Shown: positions 1 to 8,396, numbered from the stretch's first letter. The stretch is DNA of 32,000 nt from Megasphaera elsdenii DSM 20460 (GCF_003010495.1 NZ_CP027570.1:1710001-1742000); one strand, 5' to 3'. Notes: generated by a model from the letters alone, not told the origin. Made by a program: numbers and translations.

Positions 1-11
1 CGGATGACCTC

Positions 12-34
12 ATTATAAGCTACAATAGGATAAT
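12..34. promoter_or_regulatory. Inverted repeat ATTAT-N13-ATAAT upstream of the LysR-type regulator gene; possible LTTR autoregulatory box
   Basis: ATTAT (12-16) and ATAAT (30-34) are reverse complements, with a TACAAT hexamer (21-26) between them. LTTRs commonly bind dyads in their own promoters. The window edge truncates the context. Confidence 0.25.
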
Positions 35-54
35 GACACAAACGGTGATTTAGC

Positions 55-972
55 ATGTATGTCATGACGAAATGGGTGAATGAGTATATGGATAGTGTGA
101 AATGCCAGGCTTTGCTCTTGGCGATTCAATATGGCAGTTTGACAGCGGCTGGCAAGGAACTGGGCTATACGCAGTCGGGGATGACCCGCATGATCCGCTC
201 GCTGGAGAAGGAAATCGGCTTCCCGCTGCTCGTGCGCAATAAGCAGGGCGTCCGGCCGTCGGCCAATGGCCTGCAGATGGTGCCGGTTTTTCAGGAAGTC
301 GTCCGGGCTTCGCAAAAGGCCGCCGACTTGGGGGCGGCCATCCAGGGGGTCCTGGCCGGCGTCCTCAATATTGGCAGTTATTATAGTGTCGCTGCGGCGT
401 GGCTGCCGGCGATTTTGCGCCATTTCCAGACCCAGTATCCTAAGGTGGAGATTCATTTGTTGGAAGGGACGAATCAGGAGCTGGCCCAGTGGATTAATGA
501 AAAGGCCGTCGACTGCTGTCTGGCCGCCAAGCCCGGAGGGGATGTGGCCTATGATTGGATTCCTTTGAAAGACGATGAGCTCGTCGTCTGGCTGCCGCCG
601 GATCATCCTTGGACGGCAGAAAAGGAGATTCCCGTAGAATGGTTGAACGGCGCGCCTTTCGTCATCCCTCTGCCAGATCACGATACGGATATCGACCGTT
701 TCCTGGCAGCTAAGCAGGTGCAGCCCGATATCCGTTTCACGACGACCGATCCGTACACGGCGTACTGCATGGTCGAAGAAGGCCTGGGAATCAGCATCAA
801 TAACCGCTTGACGACGGAGAAGTGGACTGGCCGCGTCGAACTCCGGCCTTTGGCCCCGGCTCAGTCGATTTCGCTGGGCCTGGCCGTCCCGGATATTCAG
901 GAAATGTCACCGGCGGCGAGCAAGTTCGTTGCCCAGGTCTGGCAGATTGTCAACGGCAAGACGGAAAAATAG
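55..972 (+). CDS. LysR-family transcriptional regulator
   Basis: The N-terminus has an LTTR winged-HTH (QALLLAIQYGSLTAAGKELGYTQSGMTRMIRSLEKEIGFPLLVR) followed by a roughly 200 aa substrate-binding-type effector domain. The ATG at 88 (MDSVKCQALL...) is the more typical LTTR start. Confidence 0.85.
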   Translation: MYVMTKWVNEYMDSVKCQALLLAIQYGSLTAAGKELGYTQSGMTRMIRSLEKEIGFPLLVRNKQGVRPSANGLQMVPVFQEVVRASQKAADLGAAIQGVLAGVLNIGSYYSVAAAWLPAILRHFQTQYPKVEIHLLEGTNQELAQWINEKAVDCCLAAKPGGDVAYDWIPLKDDELVVWLPPDHPWTAEKEIPVEWLNGAPFVIPLPDHDTDIDRFLAAKQVQPDIRFTTTDPYTAYCMVEEGLGISINNRLTTEKWTGRVELRPLAPAQSISLGLAVPDIQEMSPAASKFVAQVWQIVNGKTEK

Positions 973-1001
973 GAGTTTCCTCTCTATAGCAGAAAAAAAG
1001 C

Positions 1002-1030
1002 TTGACAAGGTATGCCTAAATCTGTAAAAT
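1002..1030 (+). promoter_or_regulatory. Sigma-70-type promoter of rplM-rpsI (TTGACA-17 nt-TAAAAT)
   Basis: TTGACA lies at 1002-1007 and TAAAAT at 1025-1030, giving an exact 17-nt spacer about 100 nt upstream of rplM. Confidence 0.65.
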
Positions 1031-1035
1031 AAATA

Positions 1036-1126
1036 GGTAAGCTTTTCACTTGGACTCCACTTAGCCCCGGAGAAAGAGCACCAAAAGCTTGGTCAGTTAG
1101 TTAAATTCAGGGAGGAATTACACAGC
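1036..1126 (+). promoter_or_regulatory. Structured 5' leader of rplM-rpsI (possible L13 ribosomal-protein autoregulatory leader)
   Basis: AAGCTTTT (1038-1045) can pair with AAAAGCTT (1083-1090), enclosing an inner CTCC...GGAG helix. The structure sits between the promoter and the RBS GGGAGG. An L13 leader RNA is known in Firmicutes, but I cannot align this region to its model. Confidence 0.3.
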
Positions 1127-1567
1127 ATGAAAACTACATTTATGGCTAATGCAGGCAACATCGAACGTAAATGGTTTGTTGTTGATGCTGAAGGCCAGAC
1201 ATTAGGCCGTCTTGCTGCCGAAGTAGCTAAAATTCTTCGGGGAAAACATAAACCTACTTTTACCCCGCATGTTGATACAGGCGATTATGTAATCGTAGTA
1301 AACGCAGCAAAGGTTAAATTAACAGGTAAGAAATTAATCCAGAAAACCTATTTCCATCATTCCGGTTATCCCGGTGGAGCTAAATTCACTCAGGCCGGTC
1401 ATATGCTCGAAGCACGTCCGGAACGCGTTGTTGAAATGGCAGTTCGCGGCATGCTCCCGAAAAATAAATTGGGTGAACAGATGTATCGTAAACTGAACGT
1501 TTATGCAGGTGCCGAACATCCGCATCAGGCTCAGAAACCTGAAGTTTTGAAGTTAAACATTCGCTAA
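1127..1567 (+). CDS. rplM: 50S ribosomal protein L13
   Basis: The sequence ([48 protein letters not shown]...) is an unmistakable L13. The RBS GGGAGG is 8-9 nt upstream. Confidence 0.97.
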   Translation: MKTTFMANAGNIERKWFVVDAEGQTLGRLAAEVAKILRGKHKPTFTPHVDTGDYVIVVNAAKVKLTGKKLIQKTYFHHSGYPGGAKFTQAGHMLEARPERVVEMAVRGMLPKNKLGEQMYRKLNVYAGAEHPHQAQKPEVLKLNIR

Positions 1568-1589
1568 TTAATACCGGGAGGAAGATTTC

Positions 1590-1982
1590 ATGGCAGTAGC
1601 ACAGTACTACGGCACTGGCCGTAGAAAGACATCCGTTGCTAGAGTTCGTCTGGTTCCGGGTCAGGGTAACATCACAGTCAACAAAAAAGAATTGAATGAA
1701 TATTTCGGTCGTAAGACACTGGAATTGGTTATTAGACAGCCGCTCGTACTTACTGGCGTAAACGAACAGTATGACGTCATTGCTGACGTTAAAGGCGGTG
1801 GCCCGTCCGGCCAGGCCGGCGCAATCCGTCACGGCATCAGCCGTGCCCTTTTGGAAGTCGACGGCGATTTCCGTCAGGCTCTCAAAAAAGCTGGTTTCCT
1901 CACACGCGACCCGCGTGAAAAAGAACGCCGTAAATACGGTCTCAAGAAAGCTCGTAAGGCTTCCCAGTTCTCGAAACGTTAA
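1590..1982 (+). CDS. rpsI: 30S ribosomal protein S9
   Basis: [16 protein letters not shown]...[19 protein letters not shown] and the C-terminal [17 protein letters not shown] are canonical S9. The gene lies directly after rplM, as in most bacteria. Confidence 0.97.
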   Translation: MAVAQYYGTGRRKTSVARVRLVPGQGNITVNKKELNEYFGRKTLELVIRQPLVLTGVNEQYDVIADVKGGGPSGQAGAIRHGISRALLEVDGDFRQALKKAGFLTRDPREKERRKYGLKKARKASQFSKR

Positions 1983-2020
1983 TCTTTTTTCAAGAGATTT
2001 TCGAAAAACCTATGCAAACA

Positions 2021-2071
2021 GAAGAGGTTGCCGCATGAAGGATATTCCCTTTATGCGCAGCCTCTTTTTTC
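2021..2071 (+). terminator. Intrinsic terminator after rpsI
   Basis: AGAGGTTGCCGCATGAAGG pairs with CCTTTATGCGCAGCCTCT (a few mismatches) and is followed by TTTTTT. Confidence 0.7.
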
Positions 2072-2093
2072 AGTTCGAATTTGAAACTTCGGC

Positions 2094-2120
2094 AAACGAA
2101 CCACGCCAAACGAACCACGA
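2094..2120 (+). repeat. Direct repeat AAACGAACCACG x2 (CGAACCA-type heptad family)
   Basis: aaacgaaccacg-cc-aaacgaaccacg lies immediately 5' of a second terminator. Confidence 0.8.
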
Positions 2121-2156
2121 AAAGGGCTGTCGCATGAAGCGGCAGTCCTTTTTTAC
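2119..2156 (+). terminator. Second intrinsic terminator (GCATGAAG-loop type)
   Basis: GGGCTGTCGC (2124-2133) pairs with GCGGCAGTCC (2139-2148), 10 bp including 2 G-U pairs. The loop is ATGAA, followed by a run of six T. Confidence 0.75.
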
Positions 2157-2231
2157 TACTAGCCCCGACGCCGTAAAGATGATAAAATGGATAGGAAACT
2201 AAACTGTTTGTGCTGTGAAGGGGGAATCTTC

Positions 2232-3329
2232 ATGTTTACGTATTATATGCCGACGAAGGTATTTTTTGGAAAGGCCTGCGTGGCCCAGTCTGGCGATGTG
2301 CTGGCTGACTTGGGACGGAAAGCGCTGTTGGTCACAGGCCGTCATTCGGCCAAGGTCAATGGTTCTCAGGCGGCTGTCGTGGAAAAGCTGGATGAATTGG
2401 GGATTTCCTGGTTCCTTTTTGATGAGGTCGAAAATAATCCGTCTGTGGCGACGATTCGCAAGGCCGCTGCCTTTGCTTCGGAAAAGGGTGTCGATTTCGT
2501 CATCGGTATTGGCGGCGGTTCGCCTATGGATGCGGCTAAGGCCATCGCCTTGGTCTGCACGAATGAGCTGGATGATGAACAGCTGTTCACTGGGCCTTAT
2601 GGCAAGCCTTTGCCCATTGTTGCCGTACCGACGACGGCTGGCACGGGCAGTGAAGTGACCAAGGTCAGTGTCTTGACGAATCCCAAGGCCGGGACCAAGC
2701 AGTCTATCAACACGCCTCTCATTTTCCCGACGTATGCCTTTGTGGATCCGGCTTTTACGGAAAGCGTCCCTGAAACGGTTACGGTTGATACGGCCATTGA
2801 TGCCTTGTCCCACGCTGTCGAAGGCTATATGTCCACGGCATCGACGCCCATGAGCGATGTCTGGGCGGAAGAGGCTATGCGTTTCCTCGGCGTCCACTTG
2901 ACGGACCTCACAGGCGATGTTTCGCCTGTCGTCCGGGAAGACCTGCTCTATGGGTCGACCCTGGCCGGCATCACGATTGCCCAGACGGGAACGACTATGG
3001 TCCACAGTATGGGCTATATGCTGACGTATTATAAAGGAATCAGCCACGGCCGGGCCAATGGCCTGCTCCTGCCGGCATACATGAAGCTCATGGAAGAAAC
3101 GATGGCCGATAAGGCTGAAAAGGTCTGGGCTATCCTGGGCCTGGCGGGTCTCGACGATTTTACGGCCCTCATGAAGGATCTCATGGGCGATACGGTCGAC
3201 TTGAGTGACGAAGAAATCAAGAAATTCGTTACCATGACTTTGCCCACTGGCGGCGTCCAGCGCACGCCGTATCCGGTCACGGCGGAATTGCTCACTCATA
3301 TTTACCAGCAATTGATAGGGAACCGTTAA
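2232..3329 (+). CDS. Iron-containing (group III) alcohol dehydrogenase
   Basis: The Fe-ADH motif GIGGGSPMDAAKAIA, the PTTAGTGSE motif and metal-binding His residues (DALSHAVE, HSMGY) are present. The start is taken at MFTYYMPTKVFFG, with RBS GAAGGGGG upstream. The track ORF start at 2187 is an upstream extension. Confidence 0.85.
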   Translation: MFTYYMPTKVFFGKACVAQSGDVLADLGRKALLVTGRHSAKVNGSQAAVVEKLDELGISWFLFDEVENNPSVATIRKAAAFASEKGVDFVIGIGGGSPMDAAKAIALVCTNELDDEQLFTGPYGKPLPIVAVPTTAGTGSEVTKVSVLTNPKAGTKQSINTPLIFPTYAFVDPAFTESVPETVTVDTAIDALSHAVEGYMSTASTPMSDVWAEEAMRFLGVHLTDLTGDVSPVVREDLLYGSTLAGITIAQTGTTMVHSMGYMLTYYKGISHGRANGLLLPAYMKLMEETMADKAEKVWAILGLAGLDDFTALMKDLMGDTVDLSDEEIKKFVTMTLPTGGVQRTPYPVTAELLTHIYQQLIGNR

Positions 3330-3335
3330 CGTTGC

Positions 3336-3428
3336 GAGTTTGAAGTTGAAAGTTTGATGTTTGATGTGGAGGAGGTTAAATTTCAATCCATTGCCTCAAA
3401 CGTCAAACATCAAACCTCAAACATAAAA
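3336..3428. repeat. Long imperfect inverted repeat built from TTTGA[AT]G heptads
   Basis: The left arm is gagtttgaagttgaaagtttgatgtttgatgtggagg. The right arm is cctcaaacgtcaaacatcaaacctcaaacataaaag. About 20 bp of the arms can pair around a roughly 25-nt loop. No T-run follows on either strand. Confidence 0.8.
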
Positions 3429-3477
3429 GAGAAGGGGAACGCCATGATGGTATATTGCATTCATGTGACAGTCCCTA

Positions 3478-3498
3478 CGAACCACGAACCACTATTAT
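3478..3498 (+). repeat. CGAACCA-type heptad repeats (CGAACCA CGAACCA CTATTAT)
   Basis: The repeats lie about 20 nt upstream of the U32 gene start. Confidence 0.7.
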
Positions 3499-3516
3499 TA
3501 TCACAGGAGGAATTTC

Positions 3517-5709
3517 ATGGCAGAATTATTAGCCCCGGCAGGCTCTTTAGAAAATGTACTCACCGCCATTGACGCCGGTGCCGATGCTGTTTATTTTGGC
3601 GGGAAAGGCTTCAATGCCCGCAAATTTGCTCATAATCTCGACGATGCCGAAATCGGCCAGGCTGTCCGGACGGCTCATTTATTTGGCGTCAAAGTCTATG
3701 TCACCGTCAACATCCTTATGGCTGACACGGAATTAGAGGCTTTGTCTGCGTATTTGCAACGCCTCGACTCGTTCGGCGTCGATGGCATCATCGTCCAGGA
3801 CCTGGCCGTAGCGGCCCTGGCCCGGAAAGTCGCTCCCAACCTGCCACTTCACGGCAGTACGCAGATGACGGTAGCCGATTTGGACGGCGTCCGTTTCTTG
3901 GAAGCCAATGGATTCACACAGGCTGTCTTGTCGCGTGAGTTGTCGGCTCAGGAAATCCGCTTCATCTGTTCGCAATCGTCTATTCCCATTGAAGTTTTCA
4001 TCCACGGTGCGTCGTGCATGGCTTATTCTGGCCAGTGCCTGATGAGCAGTTTCCTCGGTGGCCGCAGCGGCAACCGAGGCGCCTGTGCCCAGCCCTGCCG
4101 CCAGCTGTATACCCTGCTCTGTGATGGCGAACCTGTCATGAAACACGAAGCATATGTCCTCAGCTTAAAAGATTTGAAGTCCCTCGATTATATTGATGAA
4201 TTGCTCGATGCCGGTGTTACGTCTTTTAAAATCGAAGGCCGCATGAAGGGCGACACCTATGTGCGGACTGTCGTTTCAGCGTACCGAAAGGTCATCGATG
4301 CCCATTACCAGAGTCCGCAGCAGCGAAAGGCAGCTCATCGGGAAGCGGCAGCCCTTTTGGAAAGCGCTTTTAATCGCAGTTATCAAGCCGATTTCCTCGG
4401 AAATTGCGTCAGCCGCCATACACTGGCTGAGCGGAATCCATCGGGCCGGCAGACGGCCGACGACGTAGTCGGCGGCTTGACTCGAAAGCTTTCCATCTAC
4501 GGCCACGTCGATGTGGCAGAAGATGGGAATTTGCGATTGACTTTGTGGGATGAAAATGGCCATACTGCATCGACTGTGGCCGATTTCCAGCCTGAACCGG
4601 CCCGTCAACGGCCAGCGACGGCCGATTATGTCCAGGGACAGGTCGGCCGCTTGGGCGACACGCCTTTTGTCCTGGCCAGTGTGACCGTCTGGGATGAAAC
4701 GAAGATGATTCCGGCCAGCGTCCTCAACGGCCTTCGCCGTCAGGCTGTACAGGCTTTGATCGACAGTATTCTGGCGGATTACCCGCGGCCCGCAGCTGGT
4801 ACGGCTCCGGATTGGCAGTCTTCGACTTTGCCGGATGAACCTGTTCAGGCCATGGAGCTCATCGTCCGCTGTGACAGTGTCGACGGCGTCGCCGCGGCGG
4901 TAGCTCATGGCGCTGATATCATCCTCTTCGGCGGCGAATCGTATCATCACCATCCCTTTGGCACCAAGGCTTGGCAGGCCGCTGTCCAGGCAGCGCATGA
5001 ACAAGGGGCTGCCCTGTGGGCGGCTACGCCGCGCATCGTCCGCGAAGAACACCGGGCAGCTGTCCAGAATGAACTGGAACGGGCTATTGCCGCTGGCATC
5101 GATGGTATCTATGTTGGGGCCATGGCCGTCTTTACGATGTTGGAAGACTTGAACGTCACCCTGCCGGTCCGGGCGGACTGGTCCCTCAATATTTTCAACA
5201 GCCAGGCGGCCCAGGTCTATACGGCTTTGGGCTGTACTGCCGTGACGGCGTCTGTCGAAGCGACGCTGCGCCAGATGAAGGACATGGTCCGCCAGAGCGG
5301 CTGTCCCATCGAAGCCGTCGTCCAGGGGCGGGCAGAAATGATGGTCACCGAATCGTGCGTCATTTCTTCCTTTGCTGGCAAGGGCCAGAAGAAAGGATGC
5401 CCTGGAGTCTGTGCCCGCGGTGCCTATGCCTTACGGGACCGGCGGGATGAAACGTTCCCTGTCGTTACTGACCAGTATTGCCGTAACCATATCCTCAACA
5501 GCCGTGACCTGGATATGGCGCCGTATTATAAAGACCTTCGCCGCGCTGGCATCGCCGCCATCCGCATCGAAGGCCGCGGCCGCAATCCCCAGTGGATCGG
5601 CCAGCAAGTCAGCCGTTACCGCCGCCTCTGCGATGGGACGGAAACGATGCTCTTAGGGAAGGAAGACCAGACGGTGACGCGGGGCCATTTCTTCCACGGA
5701 ATTTTATAA
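3517..5709 (+). CDS. Peptidase U32 family protein, double-domain long form
   Basis: The N-terminus MAELLAPAGSLENVLTAIDAGADAVYFGG and the U32 signature EVFIHGASCMAYSGQCLMS are present. The C-terminal half contains a second U32-like module (ELIVRCDS...IEAVVQGRAEMMVTESC). The RBS AGGAGG is upstream. Confidence 0.85.
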   Translation: MAELLAPAGSLENVLTAIDAGADAVYFGGKGFNARKFAHNLDDAEIGQAVRTAHLFGVKVYVTVNILMADTELEALSAYLQRLDSFGVDGIIVQDLAVAALARKVAPNLPLHGSTQMTVADLDGVRFLEANGFTQAVLSRELSAQEIRFICSQSSIPIEVFIHGASCMAYSGQCLMSSFLGGRSGNRGACAQPCRQLYTLLCDGEPVMKHEAYVLSLKDLKSLDYIDELLDAGVTSFKIEGRMKGDTYVRTVVSAYRKVIDAHYQSPQQRKAAHREAAALLESAFNRSYQADFLGNCVSRHTLAERNPSGRQTADDVVGGLTRKLSIYGHVDVAEDGNLRLTLWDENGHTASTVADFQPEPARQRPATADYVQGQVGRLGDTPFVLASVTVWDETKMIPASVLNGLRRQAVQALIDSILADYPRPAAGTAPDWQSSTLPDEPVQAMELIVRCDSVDGVAAAVAHGADIILFGGESYHHHPFGTKAWQAAVQAAHEQGAALWAATPRIVREEHRAAVQNELERAIAAGIDGIYVGAMAVFTMLEDLNVTLPVRADWSLNIFNSQAAQVYTALGCTAVTASVEATLRQMKDMVRQSGCPIEAVVQGRAEMMVTESCVISSFAGKGQKKGCPGVCARGAYALRDRRDETFPVVTDQYCRNHILNSRDLDMAPYYKDLRRAGIAAIRIEGRGRNPQWIGQQVSRYRRLCDGTETMLLGKEDQTVTRGHFFHGIL

Positions 5710-5729
5710 TAATAGGAGTAATGCTATTT

Positions 5730-8093
5730 ATGAATAAAAGAAGTATGCGGATTTTGGGATTCTATCAGGTCCAGAACATGCTGGTCCGCCTGGCACCGTC
5801 CCGTTTGTCCAAGGAAATCGCCCGCCGCCTGAGACCGGTGAACGACAGCGAAGTCATTGAACGGAATCTGACTGATACAGAAGAAGCCGTCCGCTGTATG
5901 CAGACGGAAACGAGTACGCCCTTCGGCGGCATCGTCGATATCCGGCCGTCTCTGGAAAAGGCTAAGCGCGAAGTGACCCTTGATTCGCATGAATGTATCG
6001 ATATCTGGAATAATCTTCAGCATTATGGGGAAATCCGGTCTTTCTTTGCCGACCGCGGCGCCGAATATCCTCAGCTGGCCGAACAGGCAGACGTTATCGG
6101 CGATTTTTCCCAGTTGTCCCATTCTTTCGCGACGGTCTTCGACAACAATCGCCAAATACGGGACAATGCGTCGCCGGAATTGATGCGCCTGCGCAGCCGC
6201 ATCGTCGAACTGGAACGGCAGACCAAGCGCTACGTCAATAATGTCTTGCAGAATAAGGAATACCAGAAGTATTTCCAAGATGCCCTGGTCACCGTGCGCA
6301 ATAACCGTTATGTCATTCCTATCAAGCAGGAATACCGCCATGCTTTTCCGGGTATCGTCCATGATACGTCGGCCAGTGGCTCGACGCTCTATGTCGAACC
6401 GTTGGCCATCGTCAATGCCAACAACGACTTGCAAGCTGCACGCATTGGCGAAACGAAGGAAATCGAACGCATTTTCCGCCGTCTGACAGCGAAAGTACAG
6501 CAGCAGTACAACGATTTGTATGACAGCACGAAATGTGTAGGCCAGCTGGAATTTGCCTTTGCCAAGGCCCAGTTAGCCTTGAAGATGAAAGCCTGCCGTC
6601 CGGCTGTTTCTAAGACGCGGGAAATCAAGCTCATCCAGGCCCGCCATCCTCTTATCGACGCCAAACACGTCGTGCCGAATACCATTGTCATCGGCGGCGA
6701 TTATCGCATCCTCCTCATTACGGGCTCCAACACCGGTGGTAAAACCGTTTCCATGAAGACCTTGGGCCTTTTGGTCCTCATGCATCAAGCCGGCCTGTTC
6801 ATCCCCGTCGGCGAATCGTCGGAACTGCCCGTCTTCCGCGACGTATTTTCCGATATCGGCGACGAACAGGATATTTCCCAGAACTTGAGTACTTTTTCCA
6901 GCCATATGAAGCAGCTCATCTACATCCTCAAGCACTGCGGCCCGGACGACCTCATCCTGGCGGACGAACTCGGTTCCGGCACGGATCCAGCCGAAGGCAG
7001 TGCCATCGCCATTGCCATCCTCGATGCCTTTTATCAGAAAGGGTCGTATGTCATGGTCACCACTCATTACAACGACCTCAAGAACTATGCCTATAATACG
7101 CCGGGCATCGAAAACGGCCACGTCGAATTCGATATGGAAACACTGAAACCGACGTATAAATTGCGCATCGGTTCGGCCGGCAGTTCTCATGCTTTCAGCA
7201 TCAGCGAACGCCTGGGTATGCCCAAGGACATCCTGGAAAAAGCAAAAGACCTGCGCAGCAAGGCGCAGGACATGGATATGGAAAAAGTCCTGACCCAGCT
7301 CAATGCACAGGCCAAAAAGATGGATGAAGAACAGGCTGAACTAGAATACCGCCTGCGTGAAGCGCGGAAACTGGAAGACGATCTGCGCAAAGAAAAGGAT
7401 AAGGTCACGTCCAAGCGGCAGGATATCATCGATGCCAGCCGCCGCGATGCCGTCGACCTCAAGCGCAACCTCCGCGTCGAAGCGGAAAAGATTATCCGTG
7501 AACTGAAGGCCCAGTCCAAAGAGGGGACGGACCGGGAAAAGGCCAAGGCTATCGACAAGGCCCGCCGGGCGATCCAGCAGATTTCCCTGCCCGAAGCCGA
7601 AAAGCCTCAGCGCGACCCCATCGACCTGTCGAAGCTGAAAGTCGGCCAGCAGGTCTTCGTCAATAACCTGGACAGTGTCGGCACGGTCGAAGACATCGGC
7701 AGCAAACAGCTCACCGTCTCCGTCCGGGGCATGACGGTCCGCGTCAAGTTCAAAGATGTCAGCGCGCCGTACTTGGACGAATTGAAGAAAGAAAAACAGG
7801 CCGAAAAGAAAGCGGCTGCCGCTTCGTCATACCGGCCTATCCGCACGTCCAGCGTGGCGACGGAGTTGAACATCATCGGCAAGACGTTCAGCGAAGCCCT
7901 GCCGGAAGTCGAACGCTTCCTGGACCAGGCCCTGGCTGCCGGTTTCAGCCCGGTCAAAATCATCCACGGCAAGGGCAGCGGTGCCCTGCGCCGTCAGATC
8001 CACGCCTTCCTCGACGACCAGCCATTCGTCAAGAAATACCAGCTCGACGACGTAGACGGCGGCGGTGCCGGCGTCACCCTGGTCTATTTCTAA
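5730..8093 (+). CDS. mutS2: Endonuclease MutS2 (MutS domain plus C-terminal Smr)
   Basis: The Walker A is ITGSNTGGKTV and the MutS ATPase motifs are STFSSHM and DELGSGTDP. A long coiled-coil region follows, then a C-terminal Smr domain (ELNIIGKTFSEAL...KIIHGKGSGALR). The start is taken at MNKRSM, with GGAG 11 nt upstream. The track start at 5592 overlaps the U32 gene. Confidence 0.92.
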   Translation: MNKRSMRILGFYQVQNMLVRLAPSRLSKEIARRLRPVNDSEVIERNLTDTEEAVRCMQTETSTPFGGIVDIRPSLEKAKREVTLDSHECIDIWNNLQHYGEIRSFFADRGAEYPQLAEQADVIGDFSQLSHSFATVFDNNRQIRDNASPELMRLRSRIVELERQTKRYVNNVLQNKEYQKYFQDALVTVRNNRYVIPIKQEYRHAFPGIVHDTSASGSTLYVEPLAIVNANNDLQAARIGETKEIERIFRRLTAKVQQQYNDLYDSTKCVGQLEFAFAKAQLALKMKACRPAVSKTREIKLIQARHPLIDAKHVVPNTIVIGGDYRILLITGSNTGGKTVSMKTLGLLVLMHQAGLFIPVGESSELPVFRDVFSDIGDEQDISQNLSTFSSHMKQLIYILKHCGPDDLILADELGSGTDPAEGSAIAIAILDAFYQKGSYVMVTTHYNDLKNYAYNTPGIENGHVEFDMETLKPTYKLRIGSAGSSHAFSISERLGMPKDILEKAKDLRSKAQDMDMEKVLTQLNAQAKKMDEEQAELEYRLREARKLEDDLRKEKDKVTSKRQDIIDASRRDAVDLKRNLRVEAEKIIRELKAQSKEGTDREKAKAIDKARRAIQQISLPEAEKPQRDPIDLSKLKVGQQVFVNNLDSVGTVEDIGSKQLTVSVRGMTVRVKFKDVSAPYLDELKKEKQAEKKAAAASSYRPIRTSSVATELNIIGKTFSEALPEVERFLDQALAAGFSPVKIIHGKGSGALRRQIHAFLDDQPFVKKYQLDDVDGGGAGVTLVYF

Positions 8094-8103
8094 GGGAAGG
8101 GGG

Positions 8104-8150
8104 CGCATGAGGTTTCTGTCATCATGCGAGGGTCTTTTCTCTTTTATGTT
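8104..8150 (+). terminator. Probable intrinsic terminator after mutS2
   Basis: CGCATGA (8104-8110) pairs with TCATGCG (8122-8128) and is followed by T-rich cttttctctttt. The stem is short and the loop long. Confidence 0.4.
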
Positions 8151-8180
8151 TGAGGCATGGTTTTTAATTTAAAGCCATCC

Positions 8181-8199
8181 GCTAACCACTAGCCACTTA
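8181..8199 (+). repeat. CCACTA-type heptad repeats (GCTAACC ACTAGCC ACTTA)
   Basis: The repeats abut the next terminator. Confidence 0.7.
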
Positions 8200-8231
8200 A
8201 AAGAGCTTGTCGTATGCGACAAGCTCTTTTT
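8197..8231 (+). terminator. Strong intrinsic terminator
   Basis: AGAGCTTGTCG (8202-8212) pairs with CGACAAGCTCT (8217-8227), a perfect 11 bp stem. The loop is TATG. An A-run lies 5' and TTTTT lies 3'. Confidence 0.85.
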
Positions 8232-8235
8232 GCTA

Positions 8236-8334
8236 TGTAATAAAAAAAGTTACACTAATTTCCGAAGAAGGGTTGACGAGATAGCTGTAATGTGATATAT
8301 TACAACTATCCTAATTGTAAATAAATTAATTACA
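8236..8334. promoter_or_regulatory. Three copies of the 19-bp palindrome TGTAA-N9-TTACA (putative operators)
   Basis: The copies lie at 8236-8254, 8286-8304 and 8316-8334, with centres 50 and 30 bp apart. The middle copy overlaps the -10 element and the third covers the early transcribed region. Confidence 0.6.
8273..8301 (+). promoter_or_regulatory. Promoter of the NAD(P)H-reductase/SirTM/macro operon (TTGACG-17-TATATT with extended -10 TG)
   Basis: TTGACG lies at 8273-8278, TG at 8293-8294 and TATATT at 8296-8301. Confidence 0.65.
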
Positions 8335-8396
8335 ACAAGGAACATTCCATTTCAACATATATTTGCATTGCGCTGTGCGCAGAAAGGTAGTCTATT

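Noticed and set aside
13-681. A 222-aa minus-strand ORF opposite the LysR gene. Similar shadows occur at 4276-5052, 5724-6434, 6573-7190, 10122-10667, 11214-11987 (+), 13436-13960 (+), 21686-22540 and 23684-24433.
   Set aside because: Each lies fully inside, and antisense to, a gene with strong family motifs. None has an RBS or recognisable domains.
1771-2202. A 143-aa ORF running from inside rpsI through both terminators.
   Set aside because: It is out of frame with rpsI and crosses two intrinsic terminators and a repeat. It has no start context.
2199-3386. A 395-aa ORF on the minus strand covering the whole alcohol dehydrogenase gene.
   Set aside because: It is an antisense shadow ORF. 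The product is Arg/Asp/Gly-rich low-complexity sequence with no motif, while the plus-strand frame has clear Fe-ADH signatures. GC-rich third positions suppress stops on the opposite strand.
3354-3572. A 72-aa ORF spanning the ADH-U32 intergenic region.
   Set aside because: It is translated straight through the heptad inverted repeat and into the U32 gene in another frame. It has no RBS, and its sequence is dictated by the repeats.
5592-5729. Upstream extensions of track ORFs: mutS2 from 5592, the pan reductase from 20707, brnQ from 28696, ADH from 2187, SirTM from 9050 and cobB to 13412.
   Set aside because: The extensions overlap upstream genes, leaders, riboswitch terminators or their own RBS. 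Internal ATG codons with proper Shine-Dalgarno spacing give N-termini typical of each family.
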